Of a stretch of 64,000 nt of DNA, positions 1 to 12,600 are shown in pieces. Every line of letters begins with the position of its first letter. Position 1 is the stretch's first letter. Below the pieces are notes generated by a model that saw only the letters and a list, made by a program, of their open reading frames with translations, did no database searches and had not been told where the DNA came from. The translations under genes and the position numbers were made by a program. The stretch is from Myxococcota bacterium (lineage in GTDB: Bacteria; Myxococcota_A; UBA9042; PHBI01; JAWLBL01). The DNA is taken from the NCBI GenBank assembly GCA_041687695.1, contig JAWLBL010000019.1:64001-128000 (forward strand). Reading direction: 5' to 3'.

Positions 1-1
1 C

Positions 2-1006
2 GCCGCCGAGCTGGTCCGCGCCGTCCGCGCCGAGGGCGGCCTCTGGACGACGGACGACCTGGCCGGCTATCGCGCGGTCGAGCGGGAGCCGGTGCGGGGC
101 CGCTACCGAGGCCGGGAGATCGTCAGCATGGGGCCGCCCAGCTCGGGGGGGCTGCTGCTCGTACAGATGCTGGGCGTCCTCGAGCGCTTCGACATGGGGG
201 CCTGGAGCCTGAACGCGCCGCGGCGCCTGCACGTCCTGGCCGAGGCCATGAAGCGCGCCTACGTCATGCGCGCTGGCGAGCTGGGTGACCCCGACCACGC
301 GCAGGTCGACCGCGCCAGCTTCATCGGGCCCGAGGTCCTCGAGCGCCTGGCGAACGAGGTCCGGGCCGCGGACCGGGCCACGCCCGCCGAGGCGCTGTCC
401 ACCTTGCAGGTCCACCCGGATCAGAAGACCCACACCAGCCACTTCGGCGTGCTCACGGCCGCCGGGGACGCCGTGGCGATGACGCAGACCATCAACCTGA
501 CCTTCGGCTCGGGGCGCGTCGCCGGCGCCACCGGGGTCATGCTCAACAACGAGATGGACGACTTCTCGGCGCTGCCGGGCGCGCCGAACGCCTTCGGTCT
601 GGTCGGGACCGAGGCCAACAGCGTGGCCCCGGGCAAGCGTCCGCTGTCCAGCATGACGCCCACGCTGGTGCTCGACGGCGCCCGCGCGGTCGGCGCCTTC
701 GGCACGCCCGGCGGCTCTCGCATCATCACGACGACCCTGCAGACGCTGCTCAACGTGCTCGATCACGGCCTCGACGCGGCCGCCGCGCTCGCCGCCCCCC
801 GCGTCCACCACCAGTGGTACCCCGACGAGATCCGCTACGAGCCCGGCGGCCTCGACGGCCCGACGCGCGCCGCCCTCGAGGCGCTCGGGCACACGCCCCG
901 CGAGCGCGCGCCGATGGGCAACGCGATGGTGCTGTGGCGCGCCGCCGACGGCGTCCTGACCGGGGCGGCGGACCCGCGCGGCGAGGGCGCGGCGGGCGGC
1001 CTGTGA
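2..1006 (+). CDS. ggt: Gamma-glutamyltransferase, 5'-truncated by the window edge
   Basis: Frame is open from base 2 (DDLAGYRAVEREPV). Motifs include PPSSGG, the TSHF nucleophile Thr, TQTINLTFGS, LNNEMDDFS, PGKRPLSSMTP, GGSRI and the C-terminal ADPRG. Confidence 0.93.
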   Translation, partial: AAELVRAVRAEGGLWTTDDLAGYRAVEREPVRGRYRGREIVSMGPPSSGGLLLVQMLGVLERFDMGAWSLNAPRRLHVLAEAMKRAYVMRAGELGDPDHAQVDRASFIGPEVLERLANEVRAADRATPAEALSTLQVHPDQKTHTSHFGVLTAAGDAVAMTQTINLTFGSGRVAGATGVMLNNEMDDFSALPGAPNAFGLVGTEANSVAPGKRPLSSMTPTLVLDGARAVGAFGTPGGSRIITTTLQTLLNVLDHGLDAAAALAAPRVHHQWYPDEIRYEPGGLDGPTRAALEALGHTPRERAPMGNAMVLWRAADGVLTGAADPRGEGAAGGL

Positions 1007-1081
1007 GCCGCGCCCGAACCGCTTGACGCCCCATCCCGCAGTGCAGACTCTACGACCGCTCAACGCCCATGGGAGCCCAGG

Positions 1082-2014
1082 ATGCCCGCCAAGGACTACT
1101 ACGCCATCCTCGGCCTGACCCGCGAGGCCAGCGCCGACGACATCAAGAAGGCGTACCGCAAGCTCGCGCTCAAGTACCACCCGGACCGCAACGCCGACGA
1201 CAAGGAGGCCGAGGACCGCTTCAAGGAGGTCAACGAGGCCTACGCGGTGCTGTCGGACGCCGACAAGCGCAAGCAGTACGACATGTTCGGCGCCGAGGGC
1301 TTCGGCCAGCGGTACAGCCAGGAGGAGATCTTCCGGAACTTCGACTTCGGGCGGATCTTCGAGGAGTTCGGGATGGGCGGCGGGGGCGGCCGCTTCTTCG
1401 ATCTCGGCAGCCTCTTCGGGCGCGGGGCCCAGGGCGGCGGGCGCCAGGGGGGCTTCAACCCGTTCGGCGGGCCGCAGACGCGCCCACCGACACCGGGTCA
1501 CGACCTCGAGAGCGAGCTCGAGATCGGCTTCCACGAGGCCTTCCACGGCGGCGAGCGGACCTTCCATCTGGCGGGCCCCGACGGGCCCGAGGAGCTGAGC
1601 GTCAAGATCCCCAAGGGCGTCCGCACCGGGCAGAAGCTGCGCGTGCGCGGCAAGGGGCAGCCGGGCGGCTTCGGCGGGCCGCGCGGCGACCTGATGCTGC
1701 GCGTGAAGGTGGCGCCGCACCCGACCTTCCGGCTGCTCGAAGGCGACGACGTCGAGATGGACCTGCCCGTCGCGCTGACCACGGCCGTGCTGGGTGGCTC
1801 GGTCGAGGTGGCGACGCCCAGCGGCGCGCAGCACTCGGTCCGGGTGCCACCCGGGACGGGCAGCGGCAAGCGGATTCGCCTGCGGGGCGAGGGCTTCCCC
1901 AAGCGCCACGGCGGCGCGGGCGACCTGTACGCGCGCGTCCTGGTCGAGGTCCCGGCCGAGCTGACCGACGATCAGCGGGCCCACTTCGAAGCGCTCCGCG
2001 ACACGGGCCTCTGA
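1082..2014 (+). CDS. DnaJ-class chaperone without zinc finger (CbpA/DnaJ2-like)
   Basis: J-domain KDYY...YHPD...[10 protein letters not shown]-rich linker, DnaJ C-terminal domain (GDLMLRV, GDLYARV), no CxxCxGxG repeats. Confidence 0.9.
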   Translation: MPAKDYYAILGLTREASADDIKKAYRKLALKYHPDRNADDKEAEDRFKEVNEAYAVLSDADKRKQYDMFGAEGFGQRYSQEEIFRNFDFGRIFEEFGMGGGGGRFFDLGSLFGRGAQGGGRQGGFNPFGGPQTRPPTPGHDLESELEIGFHEAFHGGERTFHLAGPDGPEELSVKIPKGVRTGQKLRVRGKGQPGGFGGPRGDLMLRVKVAPHPTFRLLEGDDVEMDLPVALTTAVLGGSVEVATPSGAQHSVRVPPGTGSGKRIRLRGEGFPKRHGGAGDLYARVLVEVPAELTDDQRAHFEALRDTGL

Positions 2015-2148
2015 CCCGGGCGCGGCACCCCCGGCGCTGACCGGGGCGGTTGCGCCGGCGTGCGCCCGGCGGGTAGATCAGGGGCCGCTCTGCGCGCCGA
2101 TCGAGCGCGCGGCGGCGTCCCGACTCGCAGCCCGTGGGAAGCCCGTCG

Positions 2149-3357
2149 ATGCCTCAGTGGGTCATCCTCCTCCTCGTCTTTCCGGCCGTTTGCGCGCTCA
2201 TCGGTTGGATCACCAACGTCCTGGCCGTGAAGATGATCTTCCGGCCGCACGATCGGGTGCGCGTGCTGGGGGTGGCCTTCCAGGGCGTGCTGCCCAAGCA
2301 CCAGCGGCACTTCGCGGCCGAGCTGGCCAAGGTCATCCACCGCGACTTCATCCAGACCGACGATCTGGTGCGCGTCCTCGAGGATCCCAAGGTCCAGGAC
2401 GAGGTCGAGGTGCTCGCGCGCGAGCTGTGGACGCGCGTCGTCGAGGACCTCAAGGAGGCGCTCGAGCCGTCACGCCGGACGCTGCTGTCGCCGCCCTTCG
2501 TCGAGGCGTTGCTCGGCCAGATTACGCGCGAGGTGCGGCAGCTGACGCCGCGCCTGGTCGAAGAGCTGCGCGCCCGGTCGGCCGAGGCCTTCGATCTGCA
2601 GGCCTACGTCACGCAGAAGGTGGTCGACCTGGGGCCGCGTGGCCTCGAGCAGGTCATCTACGAGGTCTCGCGCCGCGAGCTGGTCTTCATCGAGTACTAC
2701 GGCGGCATCTTCGGCGCCCTGCTCGGCCTCGTGCAGTGGGGCGTCCTGCAGGTCATCGGCGACTCGGCGCTGCCCATCGTCGGCGCGGCGGTCGGCACCG
2801 TCACCAACTGGCTGGCCATCCAGATGCTGTTCTACCCGCGCGAGGCGACGCGCTACCTCGGGCTCGTCGAGTACCAGGGCATGTTCCCCAAGCGCCAACA
2901 GGAGATCGCCGGCAACCTCGGCACCGTCGCCGCCCGCGACCTCATCCGCCCGGCGGAGATCTTCGACACCCTCTTCGATCGCGTGGTCCCCAACGCCGTC
3001 GCGCCCGAGCACCTCGCGCTCGCCGAGGCCACGGTCCGCGACAGGTGGCCCCCCGTGGCCCAGATGCTCGATCGCATGCTCACCGAGGACGAACGCGACG
3101 CCCTGCGCCAGCGCGCCCTCGAGCGCCTGCCGGCCTATCTGCCCGAGGCGCGCGCCGCCTTCGTCGACCTCGCGGCCCGCAACATCGAGGTCGAGGCCAT
3201 GATCTCCGACAAGGTGCGCGGGCTCGACAAGTCGGCCTTCGAGGGCCTCCTGCGCGGCCTGTTCGAGCGCGAAGAGGTCTACCTCATCATCTACGGCGGC
3301 CTGCTCGGCGGCCTCATCGGCTTTCTGCAGCTGCTGATCGTCGACCTCGTGGCGTGA
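2149..3357 (+). CDS. DUF445 family membrane protein
   Basis: Two copies of the motif IGWITNxLAVKMIFRP / TNWLAIQMLFYP plus FQGVLPK/YQGMFPK; C-terminal GGLLGGLIG hydrophobic helix. Confidence 0.8.
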   Translation: MPQWVILLLVFPAVCALIGWITNVLAVKMIFRPHDRVRVLGVAFQGVLPKHQRHFAAELAKVIHRDFIQTDDLVRVLEDPKVQDEVEVLARELWTRVVEDLKEALEPSRRTLLSPPFVEALLGQITREVRQLTPRLVEELRARSAEAFDLQAYVTQKVVDLGPRGLEQVIYEVSRRELVFIEYYGGIFGALLGLVQWGVLQVIGDSALPIVGAAVGTVTNWLAIQMLFYPREATRYLGLVEYQGMFPKRQQEIAGNLGTVAARDLIRPAEIFDTLFDRVVPNAVAPEHLALAEATVRDRWPPVAQMLDRMLTEDERDALRQRALERLPAYLPEARAAFVDLAARNIEVEAMISDKVRGLDKSAFEGLLRGLFEREEVYLIIYGGLLGGLIGFLQLLIVDLVA

Positions 3358-3380
3358 GCGCGGCGCGCGAACAATCGTCC

Positions 3381-3408
3381 TTGACACCCCAACGGGCATG
3401 ACTACTAT
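3381..3408 (+). promoter_or_regulatory. Sigma70-type promoter for tRNA-Phe
   Basis: TTGACA (3381-3386), 16-nt spacer, TACTAT (3403-3408), about 50 nt upstream of the tRNA. Confidence 0.6.
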
Positions 3409-3456
3409 CGCGCGCACGCCAGCACGGCTCCGGGCCTCACGGCACGCGACGCGCAC

Positions 3457-3532
3457 GGCCAGATAGCTCAGCAGGTAGAGCAGGGGACTGAAAATCCCCG
3501 TGTCGGCGGTTCGATTCCGTCTCTGGCCACCA
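3457..3532 (+). tRNA. tRNA-Phe (GAA)
   Basis: GGCCAGA/TCTGGCC acceptor stem, anticodon arm GGGGA-CTGAAAA-TCCCC, GGTTCGATTCC T-arm, encoded CCA; 76 nt. Confidence 0.97.
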
Positions 3533-3560
3533 AGGCCCCGACCCCACGGTCGGGGCCTTT
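3532..3560. terminator. Intrinsic (probably bidirectional) terminator hairpin
   Basis: Perfect 12-bp stem AAGGCCCCGACC-CCAC-GGTCGGGGCCTT between the tRNA and the convergent TPR gene. Confidence 0.75.
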
Positions 3561-3660
3561 CGCGTTTCTGGGGCAGCATGACGCCGCCGCGTCGCCGGTG
3601 GACCCCAGTCGTGGAGCCCACCGGCCGCGGCGGTCATGTCGGTTGGCCAGCGGCCACCGG

Positions 3661-6600
3661 CTACAGCCGCGCGAGCATCGCCTTGGCCTCGGCGTGGTCC
3701 GGGCTCTGCTTGAGCAGCCGGTTCAGGTACTGCTTGGCCTTGGTGACCTCGCCCAGCTCGCGCGAGGCCATCGCCAGGTTGAAGAGCACCTGGCTGCGCG
3801 CCGCCTCGCCCTCGAGCTTCTGGCTCTGCATCAGCAGGTTCTGGTGCACGCGCAGCGCGCGCTCCCACTGCTTGTGCTCGACCAGCAGGCGCCCGTAGTC
3901 GACCAGGTTGGGCACGTACATGCCGTCGGCCTGCAGCGCCATCTTGTAGTAGTCGAGCGCCTTGGCCGTCTGCCCCAGCCGCTCGAGCAGCCGCCCGAGC
4001 TCGTGCGCTCGCCGCGGCAGCTCCTCGACGATCTTCTTGCCCTCGAGGTAGCTCACCAGCCACTCGAGGCGCGGCGCCACCTCGGCCCACATCTCGCGCT
4101 CGGTGTAGTAGCCGATGAGCGCCTCGGCGACCTCCGGGCTGTCGCGCCGCGCCGCGCCCGCCTTGTCGACCCAGGCCAGAAAGCCCGCGTCGTCCTGCAG
4201 GTGCTCGCGGCTCAGCCGCGCCAGCGCCAGCGCCCGCTCGCACTTGTCCAGCGGCGTCGCGGCGGCCTCGTACTCGGCGGCCAGCACGTCGCGGAGATCG
4301 CTCCAGCTGCCCGTGACCTCGAAGACCTGGCGCAGCAGCGGCTTGAGGTCGGGGTGCGCGGGGTTCACCTGCTGCGCCTCGAGCAGCACCCGCAGCGCGT
4401 CGTTCGGCCGCGTCAGCCGCTCGAGGTACAGCCGCCCCAGGCTCATCAGCGTCTCGAAGCGCTGCGTGCCCTTGGACTGCTTGAGCAGCCCCTCGAGCAG
4501 GGCGGCCGCCTCGAACCCGCGCCCTCGGCTCGCCTCGATGTGCGCCCGGACCGCCAGCGCCTTGGGGTGCTTGGGGTCGGCCGCCTCGATCTCGGCCAGG
4601 AGCGTCTCGGCCCGATCGACGTCGCCCAGCCGCTGCGCGTGGATCTCGGCCGCCAGCACCTTCAACGTGCGCTTGTCGGCCACGGCGCCCGTGATGTCGG
4701 CCTTGCGCTCGTACAGCCGCGCCAGCGGCTCGTGGCGCTGGTGCCGGTGATAGATGCGCAGCAGCTCGTCCATGGCGCGCTCGTTCTTGGGATCGCGCTC
4801 GAGCGCCGCCTCGTACAGGCGGATCGCCTCGCCCACGTCCTCGAGCCGCGTCTCGGCCAGGCTCGCCGCCTCGACCAGCAGCCCGACCGCCTGGCGCTTG
4901 TCGCGCGACCGCTCGCCGCGCGACGCCAGCAGCGCGAACAGGCGCGGCCAGTCGTCGCGCTCGCGGTAGTGGGCCTCGAGCCGCTCGGCCGTGTCGGTCA
5001 GCGTCGGGTCCAGCGCCCAGGCCTCCTCGTAGGCCGACAGCGCGCCGTCGAGATCCTTGAGGTGCTGCTCGCGGATGCGCCCGAGGCTCAGCCGGATGCT
5101 CGCCACCCGCTTGGGATCGACGGCGCCCTCGGCCTGCGTCGCCAGCAGCTTCTCGAGCTCTGCGTACCGCCCCGCGGTCTCGTACAGCCCGACCAGCCGC
5201 ACGCCCAACAACTGGTCGTACGGATCGGCCTCGAGCCCGGCCTCGCAGGCCTGCGTCATCGCCGCCCGATCCTGCCGCGCCTCCGCCACGCGCAGCACGT
5301 CGTGCCAGAAGCGCTGGCGCTCGCCCGCGTCCAGCGCCAGCTCGTCGCAGCGCGCCGTCACCTCCATCAATTCGGGCAGCTGCCCCAGCTGCAGGTATAG
5401 CCGCCGCAAGCCCATCAGCGCCCCGCGGTGATGGTCCTCGAGGGCCAGCACCTCTTGCAGCGCGTCGACGGCGCGGTCCGGCTTGGACAGCTTGATCTCC
5501 TGGAGCTGCGCCAGGTGGAGCAGCAGGTCGCGGCGCGCCTCGAGGTCGTCGGACGCGGGGATGACCCGCTCGAGCAGGGCGCACATGCGCCCCCACAGGT
5601 TGTGCTTGTGCGCGATGCGGCCCAGGCGCCGCAGCACGTCCCCGGTCTGGGGCCGCGCCTCGAGCGCGTGTCCATAGGCCTCGAACGCCCGCAGCTCGTC
5701 GTCGAGCCGCTCGTCGAACAGATCGCCGACCTCGGCCCACGTCGCCGCCCGCGCCTCGGCGTCCCCCACGCCGCGCGCCCGCAGCTCCAGCACGTTCGCC
5801 AGCCCCGCGAAGTCGCCCGCCTCTCGCAGCACGGGCTCCAGCACCTCGGCCGCGGCGGCCGCCGCCTCCCCATCGCTCAGCAGCCCCACGAGCCAGGCCC
5901 GCGCCTCGGCGTGGGTCGGGTCCAGCGCCAGCACGTCCCGCAGCAGCGGCACCGCCGCCCGCGGGCCGTCCTGCTCGGCCACCACGCGCGCCATCTCGAG
6001 CAGCCGCGCCGGCCGCTCGGCCGCGGGCACCGACTCGAGCGTCGCCTGCGCCAGGGCGAACAGCTTGTCCCACTGCTTGAGCTGCCGATACAGCCCCTCC
6101 AGCGCCTCGCGCGCCTCGGCGTCGTCGGCGTCCAGCGCCAGGATCTGCTCGTAGGACCGCGCCGCGGCCGCTGCGTCGTCGAGCCCGCTCAGCTGAAGGG
6201 TCGCCAGCCACCGGGTCAGGGTGACGGTCACCCCGGCCGCCTGCTGCCGTCCGATGAGATCCTCGACGACGGCGACCAGCTCCTGCCATCGCCCGGTGCG
6301 CAGCGCCACGTCGGTCAACGTCTCGCGCAGGACCGCGGATCCGGGCTGGCTGCTCAGCTCGTCCGCGAGCACGTGCAGGGCCGCCTCCGGGTCACCCAGG
6401 CGCGCCTCGGCCAGCTCGGCCATCTCCATCGCCAGGAGCGCGCGCTCGTCCGGGCTCGCCGACGCTCGGCGCAGATCGAGCACCGCCACCAGCCCGTCCC
6501 AGCGCGCGAGCGCGCGATAACGCGGCTCGAGCCAGGCCGCCGCCGTCAGCCGCGTGCTGTCGTGGTCGCACAGCGCCTCCCACGCCTTGAGCAGCCCGTC

Positions 6601-9600
6601 CGGCAGCGACGCCTCGCCGGCCAGCGTCGCCGCCTCCTCGAGCAGCGGGACCGCCGCCTCGGGGCGCTCTCGGCGCGACATCGCCACCTGGGCCCGCTCG
6701 ATGAGCACTCGCAGACGCTCGGCGTCGTCCTCCGCCGCCTGGCCCCGCCGCGCCAGCACCGCGTCCACGGCCTCCCAGTCGCCGCGCGCCCGCTCGATGC
6801 GCTCGAGGCTGGTCAGGCCGAACTTGTGAGTCCCGTCGATGGCCAGGATCGCCTGACAGGCCGCCTGCGCCGCGTCCAGGTCCCGCAGCCGCACCTCACA
6901 GAGCTGCGCCTTCTTGGCCAGCAGCTCGATGCGGGCCGGATCGGGGACCTCGCGCGCGAGCGCCGCGTCGTACAGCGCCACCAGGGACGCGAAGTCCTGA
7001 CGCGCCCCGTACAGGCGCTCGAGGCGCCGTCGCAGCTCGGGGTCGGCGCTGCCTTCGGGCAGGCAGGCCTCGAGCGTGGCCAGCGCGGCCTGCTCCTGCG
7101 CGAGGTGGTCCATCTGCAGGGTCGCCAGCCGCACGCGGCGGGCCAGCGTCTCTTCGGGGACCGCCGCCAGCGCCGCGTACCGCTCGAGGACGCGCGCCTC
7201 GTCGGCCTTGGCCCCCGAGTCGCGGTAGTGTCGCGAAAGGGCCGCCAGCGCCCGCTCGTGGGTGGGCTGCGCCTCCAGCACCTTCTCGAACCACCGGACC
7301 GCCTCGGCCCCGCGCTCGAGCCGCCCGTCCAGCAGCTCGGCCAGCCGCAGGGCGTAGCGCCCCACGATGTCCGGCTGGCTCGCCGCGGCCGTGGCGCAGC
7401 GGTCCCAGAGCGTCGCCAGCCCCTCGAGCAGCCCGTTGGCCTCGGCCAGCGCCGCGATGCGCGTGGCCAGCGGCTCGTCGGCCGGGTGCTCGACCAGCCC
7501 CAGCGCCCCGTACTTGAAGGCCTCGCGCGCCTGGCCCGCCTCCTCGTACAGCGCCGCCAGCTGGCGCAGCACCTCGGCGCGCTCCTTGCCGTCGGGCGTC
7601 CCCGGCAGCCGCGCCCTCAGCAGCGCCGCCCGCTGTTGCGGCGTCCCGTCCTCGCCCAGCAGCTCGCCAAGCACGCGCGCGACGAAGGTCGACGCCGCCC
7701 GCCAGTGCTCCAGCTCGCGTCCGGTCGCGCCCTTGGCCTGGGTCTCGGCCAGCTCGACGACCGAGGCCATCGCCTCGAGCGCCTCGACGTGGTCGGGGGC
7801 CGCCCGCAGCACCTGCTCGAGCTCGTGCAGGCCCGCGCCGACCGTCTCCGGCTTGAGCGACAGCGCCCGCCCGAGGCGCGCCTGCACGTCGCGGGCCATG
7901 CGGTCGTCCGGCGCGCGCTCGAGCCAGCGGCGGTAGTGCTCGATGAGCCGGTCCTGCTGGCCGGTGGCCTCGAGGATGGCGCCGACCTCGACGCGCGCCT
8001 CGGTGTTGTCGGGGTCCAGCTCGACGATGCGCTCGAGCACCCGCACCGCGTCGTCGGGGCGGCCCAGGCGCCGCCGCAGCACGTCGGCTTCGGCGCGGTA
8101 CGCGGCCACCTTGTCGGCCAGCGCCAGATGCGTCTCGGCCGCGTGGTGCAGGTGCAGCGACAGCTCCTCCCAGCGGCCGGCGCCCGTCAGCAGGCGCGTC
8201 ATGTCGTCGCGCGCGGCCTCGAAGTGCGGCTCGCGCGCCAGCACCAGGCGATGGAAGCGAAGCGCCCGATCGACGTCGCCACGTCGCGTCTCGTGCAGCG
8301 ACGCGACGCGATGCACGAACGCGGGCTCGCCGCGCCCGGCCGCGACCTGCTCCTCGTAGAAGCCGACCAGATCGTCCCAGACCCCCAGCTGCTCGGCCAG
8401 CGCCTCGATCTCGTCGAGCCACGGCTCCATCGGCTCGGCGCCCGAGACCAGGATCTTGAAGGTGCCGTAGGCCGCCTCGGGCCGCGCGAGCTGGTGCAGC
8501 TCGATGCGCGCCATCTTGGCGAGGCAGATCGTCTGCAGCTCGGCCTCGCCCTCCTGCTCGAGCGTGCTGTTGTACAGGGCCACCAGCCGATCCCAGTCGG
8601 CCCGCGCCTCGTACAGCGGCTCGAGGATCCCCAGCAGCGGCTCGCGCTCGACGCCCTCGCCCCACATCGCCTCGAGGGCCTCGGCGGCCTCGGCGTCGTC
8701 GGGGTGGTCCTTCAGCACGCGGGCGTACAGCGCGATGGCGCGGTCGACGTCGCGCAGCCCCTGCCACCAGGTCAGCGCCAGCTGCTTTCGGACCTCGCGC
8801 TGCTCGTCGGGCGCGGCGACGTCGATGCGCCGCTCGAGCAGGTCGGCGAGGTCCGCGTGGCGGTCCAGCTCGCGGTAGAGCCCCTCGAGCTGCTCGAAGA
8901 CGGCGTGGCTGTCCGGCTCCTGCGCCAGCATGGCCTCCAGGAACGGGACCGCCTCGGGGCGACGGCCCGCGCTCGACAGCAGCAGGGCGACCAGCTCCTC
9001 GCGGGCGCCGCGCTGCGCGTCGGCGTCGACCTCGGTCGCCTCGCGGGCGCGCAGCACGGCGATGAGATCGTCCACGTCGCCGCGTTCGCGCGCGGCTTGC
9101 TCGAGGCGGTCGAGCGCCTCGCCATGGCTCGGATCGTCGGCCAGCAGGGCCTTCCAGAAGGGCAGCAGCTCGGCCTCGCCGACGCCCCGGTCGCGCAGCA
9201 GGGCGACGTCGGCCTCTCGGCGGGCCCGGCGCTCGGCCGCATCGGTGATCCCGAGGCTGGCGCGCAGCAGCACGCTGGCCAGCCCCTCCTCGACCGCCGC
9301 GGCGGCGGCGGCCTCGAGCATCAGCGCCCGCCGCGCCTCGCCGGCCTCGCCGGACGGCCCGGCCAGGTACGCGCGCGAGGCGTGCGTCCAGCCCTGCTCG
9401 GCCGCGCCGCGGGCCAGCAGCAGGCGCGCCAGCTCGCCGTGGATGGCCGCGACGTCCAGCCGCGGCGCGCCCGAACCCAGCACCTGGGTCAGCAAGGCCA
9501 CCACCTGCTCGGACTGCCCGATCGCCTCGTAGCCGGCGACCAGGAGCGGCAGGGCGCGCTGCGCCTCGTCCGAGTCGCTGGTCAGGCGCATGCGCAGCGC

Positions 9601-12600
9601 CGCCAGCGCCGGCACGAAGCCGGGGGTGAGCGTCAGGATCCGCTGATAGGCCGCGAGCGCCTCGGCGTGGCGCCCGAGGCGGTTGTCGCAGATCTGGCCA
9701 AGCGTGAAGAGCCACCGGGTCTGCTCCTCGACCCGCTCCCCCTCGGCGAGCAGCTCGAGGCGCTCGGTGATGAGCGCGACCTTGTCGGCCCAGCGGCCGG
9801 CCGACTGGTACAGCCGGTCCAGGGCGTCGAGGGCCCCCTCGTGCCGCGGCGCCTGGCGGTGGACGTGCTCGAAGAGCGCGAGGGCGCCCTCCGGGTCGTC
9901 GAGGTGCTCCTCGACGACCCGCGCCGCCTCGAAGCGCAGCTCCAGCGCGGCCGCCGGGTCCTTGGCGCGCAGATCGTCGGCCGTCTCGACGAGGAACTGC
10001 CGCAGCTCGTCGTAGCGGCCCGCCTCGGCCATCAGCTCGGCCGCGTGGCGCACCGCGTCCTTGCGGATGTCCAGCAGATCGCTCTTCGTCGCCGATTGCG
10101 TCTCGGCCAGGATCGCCCGCAGGGCGACCATCGCCTCGTCGGTCTTGCGGATGCGATGCTGCAGCCGGGCCTCTTCGGCCAGCAGCGGCAGCCGCACCGT
10201 CGGCTTGCGCACGGCCGCCCGCCGCATGCGCAGGATGCGGATACGCTCGGCGTGCTGCTCGGTCACGTCGTAGAGGCGATCGAGCGCCTCGATGGCGCGC
10301 ACGGCGTCTCCCGAGCCGTCCTTGGCGCTCTGGACCAGGCGCTCCCAGGCCGCGATGGCGCGCGGCAGGTCACCCAGGCGCTCCTCGGCGGCGGTCGCCT
10401 CGCGCTGCCACAGGGTGTGCGCGACCGCCGGCACGTCGGCCTTGTCCGCGCAGACCGACATGATCTGGACGTAGCTGGGCCAGTTGTCGAGCGGCCCCGC
10501 CAGGGCGTCGAGCCCGTCGAGCGCGCTGCGATCGCCCGGGTGCTCGCCCAGCGCGCGCGCGAACAGCGCGAAGGCGCGCCGCGGCCGCTCACCGGCGGGC
10601 AGCTCGGCGCCCTCGGCCGGCGCCAGCAGGCTCGCCGCCTGGCGAAGGACGCGCGCCCGGGCGGGCCCCGGCTTGGCCTCGATGGCGTGGACCAGCAGCA
10701 CCTCGGCGTACGCCTCGGGGTCCGCCTCGATCCGGCCCTCGGCCTCGAACCAGGCGTCCAGCGCCTTCAGGATCCGCAGGCGACGCTCGGACGTCGTGTC
10801 GTCGGAGCGCGCGATCCCCAGCAGGTCGACGCGCGCCTCGGCGCCGACCGCCGCGCTGCCGACGAGGTCCGTCAGGCGCTCCTGGGCCGCCTCGGCCCGC
10901 CCCAACACGTCCAGCTCGAGCCGCGCCAGCGTGAGGGCCTCGCGATCGCGCGCCTCGCCCGCGGGCAGCGCCTCGACGCGCTGCAGCAGCAGGGCCCCCA
11001 GCTCCTCCCAACGCTCGAGCCGCCGCACCAGGGCCTCGGCCCGCGCCCCCACCTGCGCGTCCGCCGGATCCTCGTCCAACAGGCGGCAGTACTGCGCGAG
11101 CGCCTCGTCGTCCCGCCCGAGGGCGTCCTCGAGCAGCACCGCCGCCTGCAGCACCTTGTCGCGCCGGTGCACGCCGCTGAGCGCGGCCTCCCCGGCCGCC
11201 AGCAGCACCGGCACCAGCGCCTCGTGGGCCCCGGCCGCCTCGTAGAGCCCCTCGAGCGCCTCGAGGACGTCCGGGTGGTCCGCCGCGCGCTCCGACTCGG
11301 CCAGGATCCCCTCGTAGACCGCGGCGATCTCCTCCTCGTGCGCGCCGGTCCGCGTCAGCAGCGCCGCCATGGCCAGCCGCAGCGCCTTGCGATCTTCGGG
11401 CGCGTCGACGCAGGCCGCGTCGTCCCCCTCGGGCGGCGCCAGGGCCTCGGCCCACAGCGCGACCAGGCCGTCCACGGCGGCCGTGCGCTCGGCCAGCGCC
11501 GCCAGCTCGCTCCACGTGTCGCGATCGTCCGGCACCAGCCGGAAGCGGGCCGTGTGCCACGTGAAGGCCTCGAGGTCGTCGCCGCGGACCTCCTGCGCCA
11601 GCAGCGCCAGCTCGCCGAGGATGGCCAGGCGGTCGTCCAGCGTCGTCGCCACCTGCAGCTTGGTCTCGAGCAGCTCACCCAGCCGCTCGAGGTCCCCCAG
11701 CCGACGCAGCGCCGGCTCCAGGGCGCCGATGACCGGCTGGGCGTCCCGCGCCGATCGCAGCAGCGCCACCAGGGCCTCGACCACCTCGGCGTAGCGCTCG
11801 CCGCCTTCGGCTTCGGCTGCGGCCAGCGCGATCCGCAGGTGCTCCAGCGCCGCGGCCGCGTCGTCCAGCGGTCCCGCATACAGCCCGGCCAGCTCGAGCC
11901 GCAGCGGGTGCGCCTCGGGCGAGGCGCTCAGCCGGCCGAGCAGCTCCTCGAGCGCCTCGGCCAGCTCGGCGTGCGCGTCGACGCTGCCGAGCACCGACCG
12001 CAGCGCCGCGAGGGCCTCGGCGTCTTCCGGCCGCTCGGCCAGGATACGCTGGTAGGTCGCGGCCGCCCGCTCGGCGTCGGCCAGCACGTCCTCGTACAGC
12101 CGGCCCAGGCGCTGCAGGGCCGCCAGGCGAACGGCCGCGTCCGCCGCGGTCTCCGCGCGCGCTCGCAGGACCTCCTCGAGCCCCTCGAAGTCGTTGCGGC
12201 TGAGGTGGATCTCCTCGAGGGAGGCCAGCGCGTCCGCGTCGCCCGGCGCCAGCTGCAGGACCCACTTGAAGTGCGGGATGGCCCGCTCGGGATCCAGCAG
12301 GCGGTGGCGGGCCAGGTGGCCCAGGGCGCGATGCCCTCGGATCCGGGCCTCGACGGCCTCACGCGGGAGCCGGCCGAGCGCGTCCGACAGGACGCTGGCC
12401 ACCTCGGGCAGCGCGTCGGCCTTGGCGGCGGCCTCCTCGACCGCGCTCAGGTGCGCCAGCTCGCCGGCTTCGGCGCCGCACAGCAGCGCCTCGGTCCACG
12501 CCGCGAACGCCCCGGCCGCGTCACCCGCGCCCTGGCGCAGCTCGGCCAGGCGCGCCCAGGCCTCTCCACGCTCGCGTGTCTCCTCGGCGTGGCGCGCGAC

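Noticed and set aside
3457..3560. tRNA-Phe as an integration site
   Set aside because: No integrase, no duplicated tRNA 3' end seen, and no composition change next to it.
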